A stretch of 64,000 nt of DNA from Marsupella aquatica (taxonomy: Eukaryota; Plantae; Marchantiophyta): contig OZ316892.1 of assembly GCA_973895155.1 (NCBI GenBank), positions 3,785,223-3,849,222 of the forward strand, in the 5' to 3' direction. Under the pieces are notes generated by a model that did not search any database, was not told the origin of the DNA, and was given only the letters and a program-made list of their open reading frames with translations. Position numbers and translations under genes: made by a program. Positions 23,017-36,329 of this stretch are shown piece by piece. Each line of letters opens with the position of its first letter. Positions within the stretch are counted from its first letter, which is position 1.

Positions 23017-26000
23017 ATGGCTCCAAGGTTGCCTCTTCACAACCCATTTAGGATTAGGCATCATGATTCTAAATTGTGGATGCGTGAACAAGCCCGGGCC
23101 GCCCAAGGTAGGAGTAGGAGGATGAGATGCCCATGCACACAGTGCCAAGGATTCAAGTCGTTGAGTTTGAACACTGTGCACCTTCACCTACTGCGGCATG
23201 AAAGGCACCCTCGGTGGAGGGTTTGGAATGTATCAGCAGAAGAAGACTCCTCTGATGAAGAGTGGAGAGCTGACTTTGTGGATTCTAATACAGCTAGGCG
23301 TAGAGACTACGTAGAGCAGGACATAGACTGTGCAGAGGATGGTCCTGGGGTCCAACATGAGAACGTGGATGACCAAGATGGAGATGCAGAGGCAGTCACT
23401 GAGGACGGTGGGATGGATGTCCCAAGAATGGTTCAAGAGATTTTTGAAGACCTTGATGCTTTTTACGACACAGTGGAATCAGAAGAGGACAATGAACCGC
23501 AGCCACACATTGGCGACGGCCAAGCTGAACCTAACTTTGACATTGGGGAAGGTGCAGCAGAGAGGGAGTGGGTGTTTGGGGGCCCAAAACACATCAAAGA
23601 AGCTTGCATTCCTATCTACGAGGGGTCGAACTGCTCCAAGCTGGGTTTTATTGTGTTGTTGTTGAACATCTGTGGCAATCACAATGTTCCCAATATATTT
23701 GTGACAGAGTTGTTGACCTTCCTGCGCCGAAATGTGTTACCAGATGGTAATTCAATTCCAAAAAATATGTACGAGGCTAGGAAATTGATGTCTAACCTTG
23801 GGCTGAACTATGTGTCTATTGACGCATGCCCTGATGGGTGTGTTCTCTTTCGCAAAGAGCATGCAGATAAATTGACATGCCCTCATTGTGGTAAGCACAG
23901 GTACAAGAATGTAGGGAAATGTACACACCCTGCCAAGGTTCTTTGTCATTTTCCTCTCATTCCTAGACTACAACGTTTGTTTAGATGCCCTGCCATTTCC
24001 AAGCTGATGACATGGACTCCTGATAACAAGAGCAGTGATGGCCTGCAGCGTCACATTGGAGATTCCAACCATTGGAAATTTGTTGATGAGAGGTGGCCAC
24101 AGTTTGCTGCAGAGAAGCGGAACTTTCGATTTGGTCTATCACTGGATGGAGTAAACCCATTTGGAGACAAAAACAACCATTATTCATGTTGGCCGGTTAC
24201 GCTGCTAAATTACAACCTTCCCCATGGATGACTACAAAGAGGTTTTTTGTCATGATGGTGCTGTTAATCCCTGGACCAGCTTCTGTGACCAAGCAATTCA
24301 TAGATATCATGTTGGCTCCAGCAGTGGAAGAGTGGAAGACTTTGTGGATAGAAGGGGTGTTAACCCATGATGTTCTGAAGGGGCTTCTTCGACCCAGCCC
24401 CTTTAGACTGCATGCAATTTGTTTGCTGGATATAGCAGATTACCCAGGCCATGGCATCATATCTGGATGAGTGACAAAGGGCTATGTGGGGTGCACACCA
24501 TGTGGGAAAAATGTGACAAGTGAGTGGTCGCATGCCCTGCACAGTATGAAATTTCAGGGGCATAGAAGGTATCTGCCTGTTGATCATCCTTACAGGCACA
24601 CACGGTCTCAAATTGCACACTTCAACAACAAAACAGAGCTTCATGGCCCACCACAGAGGGTCACCAGAGAGCAAGTCCTGAGGTGGGCAGCCAGGAAGGC
24701 TGATTGGGACAAGAGAAGTGCCACTGATCGAGAACCTGAGGATCCAGTGGTGAAACACGGTGTGAAAAGACAGACCTTGATGGACTTGGAGTTGGAGTAC
24801 TGGAGGGTAATGTACTTAGCCTCCAGCCCCTGTATGATTGCAATTTTAGATTGGAGCAATGGTGGATTGATGTTGGTTACAATCCTCCTATGTGGTTAAT
24901 TAGTGTTTCTGTTGTTGAATTCTTTGCTTTGTGGAGTGCAGGAATTCGAGCCCAGCAAACACAATGTGGACGTCATGCACATTGAGAAAAATATTTGTGA
25001 GAGCTTGCTGAAGTTCTTGTCGGGTGAGAAAGATACAGGAGCAGTTCGAGCTGATATGCAACAGAAGGGGATTCGCCCTCACCTTTGGTTGAAGCCCCAT
25101 GCAAGCAATCCCAATGTACTTCTCAAGTTCCAAGCTCCCTATGTGTGCACACAGGATGAATGGAAGACATTCTTGTATAGATTGAGCTGTCTGAAAGTGC
25201 CCTCTGGCTATGCTGGTGCCTTCAAGAAGCATATTACAAAGAATAAACTTGGCAGTATGAAAACACATGACTACCATTTGTTGATGCAGCACATTCTGCC
25301 CCTATGCCTCAGAGGTCTCATGCAGAAACCAGTCCGTAATGTCATTCTTCGACTGTGCAATGTATTTCGCCGTATATGTGTGAAAGTGTGGGATCCCCAA
25401 GGATTGGAGCAGTTGAAGCAGGATGCTGCTTATGTCCTCTGTGACTTGGAGATATACTTCCCCCCTGCTTTCTTTGATGTTATGACTCATCTCCTAATCC
25501 ATGTGGTATAAGAGCTAGGGCAGTATGGGCCAGTCAGTACCAGATGGATGTACCCTATGGAGCGATACATGAAGTTGTTGAAAGGTCATGTGAGAACATA
25601 CTACAGGCCAGAGGCTTCCATGGCATTGGGGTACATTAAGGATGAGACGTTGGGATTCCTAACAGAGTACATGGCTGGGTCTGGTGAAGCTATGACAAGA
25701 GTTTGGAAATCTGGTAAAGATGATGGAGTGAGTGGCGAGGTTGTTGAAGGTGTGGGACGTGCTATTCAGCTGCCTGTTGCGATTTGAGACAAGGCTCATT
25801 CATATGTGCTGGCAAACACAGAGCCTATGCAACCATGGTGGAGGTGAGTGATTGAATTGACTTGCCTTTGTTGTGATGCTTCTTGTCTGTTCCAAGGGTG
25901 ATCTTAGGTTGTCATGTGTTGTTTAGACCTAACTATGCCTGTACCTCATATTGCAGGGAATATGATATGCAAAAAGCTGCACACTCTGGGCAGCAGGATC

Positions 26001-26716
26001 CCTTGCCACAGTTTGAGCAGTGGATTCAGGTGACAATTCGAGAGCATAGTAGACATCACCCAGATATGGAGAAGGATTTGTATCTTCTATCTGTGCCACC
26101 ACGATTGTCTATTCTGACCTACAAACGGATGAGAGCTTATGGAAATCATTATCGAGTGAGGGATGAGCAGGGTGACCATTGTGTATCATATGATTGTGGT
26201 TTGATTTCTGTGTTTGAGCAGAGAACCTCTGAAGAACAGAGGGGGTGGATGAAGATGGGTTACGTGGGGGAGTTGACTGACATTTGGGTGTTGAATTATG
26301 GTAACACAAGTGTCCCAGTGATATTGATGAAGGGATCATGGGTGAAATCAGAGTGGCAGAGACCAAGGGCCACCATGAAGCGTGATCATGATGGGTTCTT
26401 GTTGGCCAATTTTAGGTCCAGAGTACCAGAATGGTCTGAGCCTTTTGTTTTCCCTAGCCAAGTTGAACAGGCTTTCTTTGCAGATGTGGAGGAGTCACAT
26501 GGCTGGAGGGTGGTATGCCATAGCCAAGCACGGAACAGGCGGATGGATGGAAGTAAAGTAGAGTTCAGTTTGGATGACCATGCTACATTCGAGCATCCTA
26601 GTCATGAGACTGTACTTCCAACTCGGGCAGGGACTGACTACATCCCCTTAACATTGAGAGAGACATATGATGAACCTGGGCAAATGGAATATGATGAGGT
26701 TGATGATTTGCAATAG
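23017..26716 (+). pseudogene. CACTA TnpD/TNP2-like transposase with stops and a frameshift
   Basis: CPCTQC, IDACPDGCVLF...CPHC...RY, FPLIPRLQRLF, LSLDGVNPF, SCWPV..NYNLP, DVMHIEKN, MKTHDYH, FPPAFFDVMTHL, WMYPMERYM, EPFVFPSQVEQAFF; introns about 24807-24941 and 25843-25956; lesions near 24222, 24468, 25509, 25785. Confidence 0.95.
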
Positions 26717-26893
26717 GCAACAGCTGGCGATTGGCAAGTATGAGGTTGAGGATGACTACCTGCACAGAGTCACAGAACGGGAATTGCTGCCTGGAATGAT
26801 GTTTAGGATAGTTGGATATGCATGAAATTGATTGATACTTTGAATTTAGTGTGTTGATTCTCCCTGTTTGGTTGTGGGTGCTGTGCAGAAGCT

Positions 26894-29800
26894 ATGGGGG
26901 AAGAGGGTGATGACATGGAGACAGACATGGGGCTTGGAGAGTGGGGTGAAGAGGAAAGATTGGATATGGATGGAGACCCAGATGCAGGGGGCTCACAGAA
27001 AAATGCACCTGTGCAGGATGCACAGGGCCCTCATCAAGTCCCAGGTAGGTGGGCAGCTAGAGAGAAATCACATAATCCATACCCTAGAAGGAGCCAGAGT
27101 TATTGGCAAGGGACGCCTGATAATTATGATGATGACTATGATGGAGCAGAAGATGGATGGGATGAATATGAACACCCAGAGCGTGGTAGAGACGGGTATA
27201 GAGGGCAATGGAAAGGTGAGGAGGATGATTGGACAAGTAAGTGCCTTGTGCTAGTGATTTTGTGATGGTAGTAGAGATTTAGCTCAATATATGGACTTAT
27301 CTGATGTGTAGCTAGGGCAAAGAGTTTATCTTACAGGTCCATGAGTGTGGCATGTACCTGTTGGTATGCAGACTCTGATTGGGACAATCACGAAAACAAC
27401 AAAGGCCATCCACGTTCAGATAGGAGGCAATCATTCACAGGCGGGAGAAACGGCCCTAATTCATCAAGACAAAGCAATAGGACAGGTGGTCCAGAACCAT
27501 CTATGCGCCAAGGGAGAGGTAACTTGGTCATTGCAGAATTGCTCTGAAGTCCAATGTATATTGGCAGCAGGATTTATGATTCATACTTACCTAATGTAAG
27601 TGACTGTAAATGGATCCTGTAAATGTGCAGGGACTCCAGGGAGGTTTGGACAATGCAATCCAGGCCGTGGGGGGAGATCAGGCCGTGGAGGGACCCCAGG
27701 CCGTGGGGGGACACCAGGCCGTGGAGGGACACCTAGTAGCGCTTCAGGGAGTACCAAGGCAGGAGACAGTAACAAATTTGGTAAAGTAGAAGTGAATTCC
27801 GAAGGTTGGATAACTCCCACATGTGATGGTAAGAACCGTTGGCATTCTGACCTAAGAGGAGAAGTATTGCGTTGGTTAGATTTGAGCATTACAGAGTTTA
27901 GGAGTCAGAACAAAGCTGATTGGGCTGCTATCTGCAAGGACATTCTTGAACGGTGGGACTATGTTGGTAATGATGGTAAGGGCCCAGTTGAAGATTGCAT
28001 ATCAGATTATGCAATGAGGATTTTGAAACAAGAGAGGCATAGGTTGAAAAGGATGTGGATAGACAATGGTTCTAACAGGAGAATGCCACCACCCCCATCA
28101 TTGGAACTGGATCAATGGACACAGTTAATCAAAGGGTTCATGTCGGAGGCTGGACAGAGCAAGAGTGAACTGATGTCAAATGCTCGAGGCAAAGTGAAAC
28201 ACCTTTCATAGGCTGGGAGAGGAAGTTATGCTCCAGTGAAAGAACAATTGGTAAGGCAGTGACATGCCTGATAGTAAGCCTCAAACTTATCATCTTGCTA
28301 CCATTATTACATTTTCATTGACAATCAACACTTGGTTTCATTCATATGTATGTTGATGTGGACTGCAGAAGAAATTGACAGATGAATCTGAACCATCAGC
28401 ACAAGAAGTGAGAGAGGAGTTCATGAAACAAAGGAGTGAGGTGACAAGTGTGACTTCCAAACAGGTGATTATGTTGTAATTCTGTATGTTCTGTGACTAT
28501 TTGGCCTTGAGCATCAGAAAGAAATGTAGTAGGAAGTAAGCAACCAGTTCTTGGGGACAGTTATCTGAGATATGTAAGCTGTGTTATGACAGGGAACTGT
28601 TACAACTCTCACAGAGATGTGTGAACGGTTGAAGTCATTAGAGTGTGGACTCCCTCGAGTGGAAAGTAAATTGGCTGATCGTTTGGATATTATGGAGGCA
28701 TCTGTAGCAAACCTTCTTGCATCAGTGGAATCTAATTTCAAGCTTGTGATTGAAAAATTGGGTGGTTCCCAACCAAACAATGAGGGCAACATTGTACAAA
28801 GTGTGCCCTTGTTAACAAAAAAGGGAATTGGCAAATCTGACACAGGTATGGAAATGACACCGGCCCATTGTTCATTGTGTCCTATGTTCAAATGTTAGAA
28901 GTAAGTTTTCATGAATTGAGTGAATGGTTTGAATGCAGGAAGAGTGGAGGCAGAGAAGGACCCTGTAATCAGTAAGCAGAAGGGCAAGAAGGTTGCTGAG
29001 ACAGGTAACCTGCTATGATCCAGTACATTACATTTGAAAAGTGCATGGAGTTTTGTGAAGCTTAAGCCGGTTGGAGGTAATCTTTTCTATAAGAACTGGT
29101 TGGATGAACTGGGATCTGAAGTGACATCATGATTGATGTATCAGGTGATTCAAAGAGCAATAATGAAGAAGATGTGCCCAGTGCCTCAGTGACCATAGCC
29201 AAGGAGGTATCAGGTAAGCTGATGCTTTAAATTCCTCTATATGAATGTTGAGCAACAATTCAGTGGTTAATAGATTCAACGTGAATATTGTGGTGTGTTT
29301 ATTGATCAACAGAAGCAGACATGGAGCATATGGCAATGGCAAAGAAGGGGAAGAAGGCTGTTCATAATGGTAAGGAGATAGTGACAACTTTGTGGTTGGT
29401 GACATGTACATTTAGCACATGTGATGAGTGATTGACTTATGTTGGACATGACACTGAATTGTAGTTGATGCAGAGTTGACAGACTCTCAACCAAGTGGGA
29501 GCAGGGTGAAGCGACGTCGAAACTTGGGAGCAACATTGGATGCAAGTAAGATTGTAGATGCTTCAATTGAAGCAAGTACAATGTTGGCAGATACTGAGAT
29601 GATGTCGCAGGGAAATCCTGCTACACAATCAGAAGTGTCAAATATGGATGCAGATTCTTTGAAGAAGAGTGTAGCCAATTCTCGATCACCAGCACAAAAC
29701 ACTCGTGCCAAAGTCATGACTCGCAACCAAGGTATGAATAATGTCATGTATAAGCCACCCAGGAAAGCCAAGAAAAACAGCCAGGGTAAGGTGGAGGTGA

Positions 29801-30069
29801 TAGCCACAGCAGAGCCAGTCCATAATCTTCTATCATGGGAGGATGACTCGCAGGTATGTGTGGGTACAGGCATTTTGCGACCGGATCATGCAAAATTCCA
29901 TGGCAAAGTGGTCCCGGATGACCATGTAGTAGTATTGTTGACTACAGTGATTGTATCTGATTGTAATTTGCCATTTCCGAATAGAGACGATGATCCACCT
30001 CAGGAAATAATTGCAGATGCAGTAGGATCTCTTGTGCTCTGGCCATCAGAGTGTGTTAGTCTGCAGTGA
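26894..30069 (+). pseudogene. CACTA ORF2 (TnpA-like), multi-exon, decayed
   Basis: Lies after TnpD; acidic and GRGG-rich exons, a helical region (W..I...W...RHRLK...PP...W..L), a coiled coil, and a C-terminal FHG..V...V.L..V....LPFP...DAVGSLVLWP domain; stop at about 28209. Confidence 0.75.
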
Positions 30070-33000
30070 CTGAATGCAAGTGTAGATAGAATCATGTGAA
30101 TTGTGTCACATTTTGACATTGCCTTAGAAAGATCCAAGAAATATCTGTACCAATTTTTCCATTTGGTAAAGAGGATGAAGGAGCCGTTGTGTGTGACATT
30201 GATATTTCTGAATTCTGTATATATGAAACAAGTGATTGATGTCAAACTATGGCTCTATGGTGATTGTCTATGATACTTGAATCTATTTTATCATTTCAGT
30301 ATTAGTGTGTATAGTATAGAGGAATACTTTGTGACCTTCTTTGTAGTCTATGATGTTTGAATCTGTGAATTCATATTAGTGTACATGGTATAGAAGATGG
30401 CTTTCTAAAACTATGTATTCTAATGTTAACATGATGAATGGTGAACTTATAGAGTGAGTTCATTCCAAGTACACAATAAAACATGAATGCAATATGTTAT
30501 TTGTGCACAAGAGTGGGTTCATTCCAAGTAGTATAGTGGGGTCTTCATCACTCATATCCAGTTGACATGAAAGACTTATACATACCCCACAAAGTATATT
30601 TAAAGACTACCCTCCATACCCTTTTTAGTCGTTCCCAACGACTCATCATCGCAGCCCATAAAAGACTGAAAACGACTCACCAAAGCTACCCACACAAAGA
30701 CTAAAATAGACTGAAAATCCAGTCTATTAAACGACTTATAAACCAGTTCTAAAAAGGACTCAGTTGATTATAGTAACAAAACATACGACTCGCAGTCCTA
30801 TAAAGGACTGGAGTCCTTCCCAGTCGTTTCCAAGTCCTATACGGTACTGAATAGTCGTTTAATGGGGTCTAAATACCCCCTGGTTTCTACTAGTGACCTC
30901 TTCATAACTCATTTTATCAACAGCTCCCATATTTGTGACCAAGTGCTTCTGGCCCCAACTGATCTCGTATTGAGAAATGTGCAAAACATCAGCGTATTTG
31001 ATCATCTGTGGCGGTGTAAACTTTTTCAAAAGACCTCTTCTTTAAAGCTGAAGATAGATATGAGCATTGATTATCTCATCTTGAGATGCACTCTCCATGG
31101 ACCATTTTGGCTCATTTAATTGAAGATATGCACGGATATCACAGGCCATTTCCATTTTTTCCAAACAAGGCCATAAAATTTTCAAAAGAAAATTGTCTTT
31201 TTGATTTCCATCATATGTAGGTGGAAATAACGCTGAATGAGAAGCATTTGTTGAAGTTCTATAAGGTAAGTCATCTATCAACACAGTGGTCTTGTCATCC
31301 CAATACCTATGTTCTTCCCAAATGAACTTTGATATGTTCTTCAAAAACACAGGTCCACCTTTGCTATTCTTGAGCCCAAGAATTTCTTGAACATGATGTT
31401 GATTTTTGATAAAAAGAAATTTTTTAATTTCTTCGGGTCCAAAGATAGTCTTGACTTGAATCTGGACTTCTTGATCAGTTCCACAACTCCATATTCCTAT
31501 GTCAAACTTTGAGAAACACTTTTGCAAAAATTCATGAATTTGTGGTCTTATTGTCCACATGTTACCACGCCATGTGTGCACAGTTGCCGTTGATATTGAC
31601 TTGGTGCATATTGTTTTTCCGAGATATTGCGATCGGAAAAATAAACCACTAAGATCAAAAATTAGTAATTTACGATCTCGGGCTATATTTTCTGGCAGGT
31701 AAGACCAAACGTGACATGGATCAAGATCGTGTTGACCTGTTACAAATGCAATTACAAATAAATTAGAACTTTGTAAAATAAATGTACAACAACTAATTTC
31801 AAAATTCTATATAAATATGAACACAGATAAAAGATAACAAAATCTTTACCTTTTGGTGCTAATGGAAATATTCCAGCAGGCAATCCTTCTTCAGATGATG
31901 AATCACTCCAAAGGGGTGACTCAATAGATGCAATTCCAGGTACTCTTATTTCTGAATATGAATCATTTTGTCCTACTTCTTCTTGTAAATTGTCAAGTGG
32001 TGACATTTCATTGTGAGAAATGCTTATGATAGTTGGCTGATACAATCATTCAAAGGAACAATCGTATTAGCATTTTTTAAATACAAGCTTTTTGTGTACA
32101 TATTTGGGGTACAAATATCACTCATAAACCTCACGATAATCATGAGGTTTGCATCAGTGAAAAATCTGAAGTCAATAAAAAGTACATATATATACTTGTC
32201 TTTTCAAGGAGATGAGCATGTTTCTCAAATGGCAAGCATGATCCATGCTTGAATTCAAATTATCATCTAATATAAGTTGCTACCTGGTACAGAAAGTATT
32301 TAATTTCCAGTATTCTCATTTTGAGAAGAACCTGCCTGGCCTAATTTGATATCCTCCAGCTCTATTTCGACTACCTCCATAGTCTCAGTTTCAACAATAC
32401 TTGTAATTTCTTCATTCCTGCAAGCATTGGTCTATTTTGACCCAACAATTCCAACATAAGATTATATTCACATATATATAAATACCTCATACGTAAACTA
32501 CAAATAAAATGAAGAATAGATGTTTACCTGTGAAGGACTTGCAAGGTTAATCAAATCATTTTGGCTTCTCATTGTTGATGAAGATTTGTTCAAACTTGAA
32601 GATTGTAAGATTTTTTCAATCAAAACAGAAGCTTGATGTTGATTATCCCGTGGAATACCAACAACAGGCGACCCTTCCTCAAATCTAGAAAGATCTTCAT
32701 CTTCGTCATTATCGTCAATAATTGCATACTCAACAATAACTTCTGAATCTTCAAGAGGATCACCACGATTGATCTTTCCAACCTTCTCCCAAAATTTGTT
32801 AACTCCAAGAATTGTTCTCAAAATATTTGGATATAATTTCAAGAATTCAGACTCTTTTTTTGAGTCTGAATACACAAAGCATTCTCTTCCAAGCTCGAAT
32901 GCACTTTTTAAAACTGATCCTCCAGAAAAGAAATCAAAAATTGTAGCGCCACGTGCAGAAAATTTATGAATGATGTTGTTGAGCACACGAGAGGGCTTGC

Positions 33001-34432
33001 AATCAGGATTAACTAAACCTCCAAGTTGATCCAAAAATGAATAACGAGGAGCTCTATTTTTTAGCGTCTTGAATGCTTCTTCCCTCAAGCGTTCCTCTCG
33101 ATCTTCTTTAGACTCATCCACTGGAATAGATTTTGGATTAGTCTTCCAAGTTTTGGAAAGGTAATCTCGATCATTTTCCTCATCAAATTGGTAGTTCATA
33201 TCTCCTTCAGGAAACATGTCAACCCAATCTTGTTTTGCACTGTGTGAAACGGCTGCCAAAAAACACTAAATGATCAGTAAACTTACTAAGTTCAAATAAA
33301 TTTAGATTCTACAATTAGTGATAATTCTAAACCTCACGATCATTGTGAGGTTTTCTCAATGTATCATAAACCCAAACCCAAACACAAATTTCAAATTTAC
33401 ATACCTGCAATAATTATTTGTTCCCGCTCATTTTTGAAAAACCTCCCAGGATGTATGTAGCCATCGGCTCTCTCAAATGATCCAAATTCAAAATGTAAGT
33501 GAATATCGGGCAAATTGTAAAGTGCAGTTAGCACGTTGGAGTAAAGATGACCATGGAATAAAAAAATGACAATCATTATTGCATCATTTTTTGGTGTTTC
33601 CACAATGTACTTAAAAAACACCTCCAACTGGGATACTGACCACTCTTTTTGGTTTCGTTTTCCAAAATCCACAATGGCAAGAGGAACAAAAGGAGCTGCC
33701 TCTTCTAAAGCACCAGGCTCACATGTTGTCATTAAGTTGTCAGTGAAAAAAGTTAGAAATGGCTCTAATCTCTTTCTCTGGCTTCCACCGAATGCATCAT
33801 AAAATAGTTGATTTAGTCTTGATACTAAACCATGCGGAATATTTTTCTCACGTGCAATATTCCGAGAAGTACAAGATATCAAGTACTTGGTACCAGCCAC
33901 TTCTCTGCATCTATCCAATTCCCTAGCATCAATGAGAATTTTATCATATAGTTCCTTCCAAGTACATTTATCAGGAAAATGGTCTGAAAAAGTGATTTGA
34001 TAATATCCAATAATTATCTCCTTCAGTTTGGAGAGAACTTTTGTTGTTTTGGCAAGCTCTTCCATAGATTGCATGTCACCTTTGTAAGAAGCATCTTTCT
34101 TAAGGAGAACTCCACCATGTTCGACCTCTTTGAGAATGGCTATGATATCATCATCTTGCAAGCCTCCCTCCAAACTCCGGAAATTTGAAACTGTTAGAAG
34201 CTTAGACTCTTTTTTATTTTCAGTGATGATACCTTGTCCATCTGGAAGCTCTCCCTCAAGCCACTTGTTACACACTTCCTTCCACAAACAATACAACTTC
34301 TCAGATGCAAAAAGTATCCAATGTACTTCAGTAAGATGTTTCTTCTCCATGGTCAGTTTTGCTGTATGCTCAAATTCCTGCACATGTCAAAAGAAACTAT
34401 ATCTTTTCAATATGAGTAGTTGACCTCACGAT

Positions 34433-36329
34433 TGTAAGTAGTGGGTAATTCCAAAAGCATGAAGAAACTGATTTTTTTTTTAATTTTTTACGGTGTTTAG
34501 ACTGCAATTATTGCTAACTGTAACTAAAACAACATTCAAAGTTACTAAGTTCCTAAGTTACGAGTAAACTCAGTTTACGAGTTTACTAGTTCACTACTTT
34601 ACGAGTTACACCTTAAGATTTGGCGACCCTGTGATCGTGACATCTTACAACTAGTTCAACGGGACTCCACAACGGATGAAGAGCTCACCTTGAAAGGGAA
34701 GGAATGCAAGACATAGGCGCTCATTACTGACTTCTCTTCCACCTTACCTCTCAAACTCTGCCCAGCTTCAACCGGTATTTCAGAGATGTCAAATGGAGAC
34801 TTCGACCCTTCTATTCCAGGATGATGAGTAGTGATGAGTTCCTGTTTCATTATCCTCAAGTGTATGCTGCTACCTGCAACAACTATGATGTGATCGGGAT
34901 GTACAGAGAAGCCCTTCGTATTGATTCATGTTATTTGATGAAGATAATGCCTTTGATGTACCCTGAGAGACAACTGAGGTGCCTACCATACTCCAGAGGA
35001 TCCCCACGCCAAGCTGAGCTGATAGAGGTTACTCAGAACCGAATTGTTACCCTTGTGGAGTTGCTGGAACCAGACGACATCCGACAGCAAGCTTGAAGAA
35101 GTCTTTAAGTGTTTTTAGTTAGTTTTTAGAGTAGTGCATCTTATCTGATTTTTAGAAATGTGTTCTAGAGCTTTAAAAGCTGTCATACTTATTTAGCATG
35201 TAGTCTGTACCTAGGAAAACCTCCTGGAAAAATCTCAGAGTTTTCTGACTTATAGTTAGGAAGTTAAAAATAGTTGAAATTTCCAAGTCATTACTTCTGT
35301 CGCAATTACGAGTTACGACTTAGCTTTTACTAGTTTAAGAGTTACTAGTTTCCGATTACGAGTTCCGATAGACAGCCGATTACGAGTTAATAGTTACTAG
35401 TTACGAGTTCATACTTAGCCATTTTTCCGGCTTTTCACTTACTGAATCGCCATTTTAAAATTTTGAGGGGTATGAAGAGGCATGTCTCTTCGACCCTGTG
35501 ACCTCTCACTCAGTAGATTTTTACTATAAGACCCCTCTACCACTAGTGTAGATGATGGTAAAGTTTAGTAATTTCTGCCTTTCCTTGGTGTTCTGCCAGT
35601 TGATCATGAATGTTAAGAGTTCGAGATCAAGCTTGACACCAGGAGAAGACTTTCCTCCTTCTTGTGATTTAATCCTTTGAATAAATCATGGGAAGTAAAA
35701 TTCCAGTTGTGTAAATCTTTTGAGTTGTGATGACAGATTCCTCTTTGGGTGACTCATTATAATCTCCTGAGTTCTTAGAGTTAACTCACTGAGTTTAAGT
35801 CTTATTTGAAAGTGATGGATTTTCTTTCATGTTGCTTAGTACCATCTAAATGTTGAAGTAGTCACTCTTTTAGATTTTATCTGAGTACCACTTAGAAAGA
35901 AAGGATAAGACATGTTGACGGCATTTTAAAAGAGTACTCTAGTAAGCAATTTAGATCTGAAAAGCAATATGGATTTGAATCCTTAAGTCTTTTCATTTTG
36001 ACTTATGTCTAAGGAGTAACCTTGGTCTATTCCAGACTCCCTTAGCATACTTTGAGATATTTTTCCTTGTGTTTTGTTAATCATTCTTCTTTTCATTAAT
36101 TTATGGTTACATGATGCTGAGTTGTCATTAAAAACCACTCACCGCTGTGGAGCGATCTTCAAAATACCTTAGTAAAGTAATCAATCCTGATTACTATGTG
36201 TTAAAGAGAGTCTTTAAATTCTCATTTGTGTTTTTATGTATCAAATCAACCCCATCTTGTTCTTTACGGGAACGAATACCGAGTTTGAAGACCTTTAAGT
36301 GTGTTTCTGGTTCTTCATAGCAAACTACA
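34433..36329. mobile_element. Solo LTR (about 1.9 kb) in an intron of the ParB-MTase gene
   Basis: TGTA...TACA ends; 5-bp TSD ACGAT at 34428-34432 and 36330-36334; removal restores the palindrome gacctcacgatcattgtgaggtt. Confidence 0.85.

Larger units (their letters stand above)
13897..30895 (+). mobile_element. Complete CACTA (En/Spm) element, about 17 kb
   Basis: TIR CACTAGTAGAAACC.../...GGTTTCTACTAGTG (14 bp perfect, similarity to about 30 bp); 3-bp TSD ACC at 13894-13896 and 30896-30898; subterminal aaagact/acgact repeats; removal restores the flanking reading frame. Confidence 0.96.

Noticed and set aside
34656-35096. Short ORFs as additional exons of the cargo gene
   Set aside because: They lie inside the solo LTR, and the flanking exons splice in phase without them
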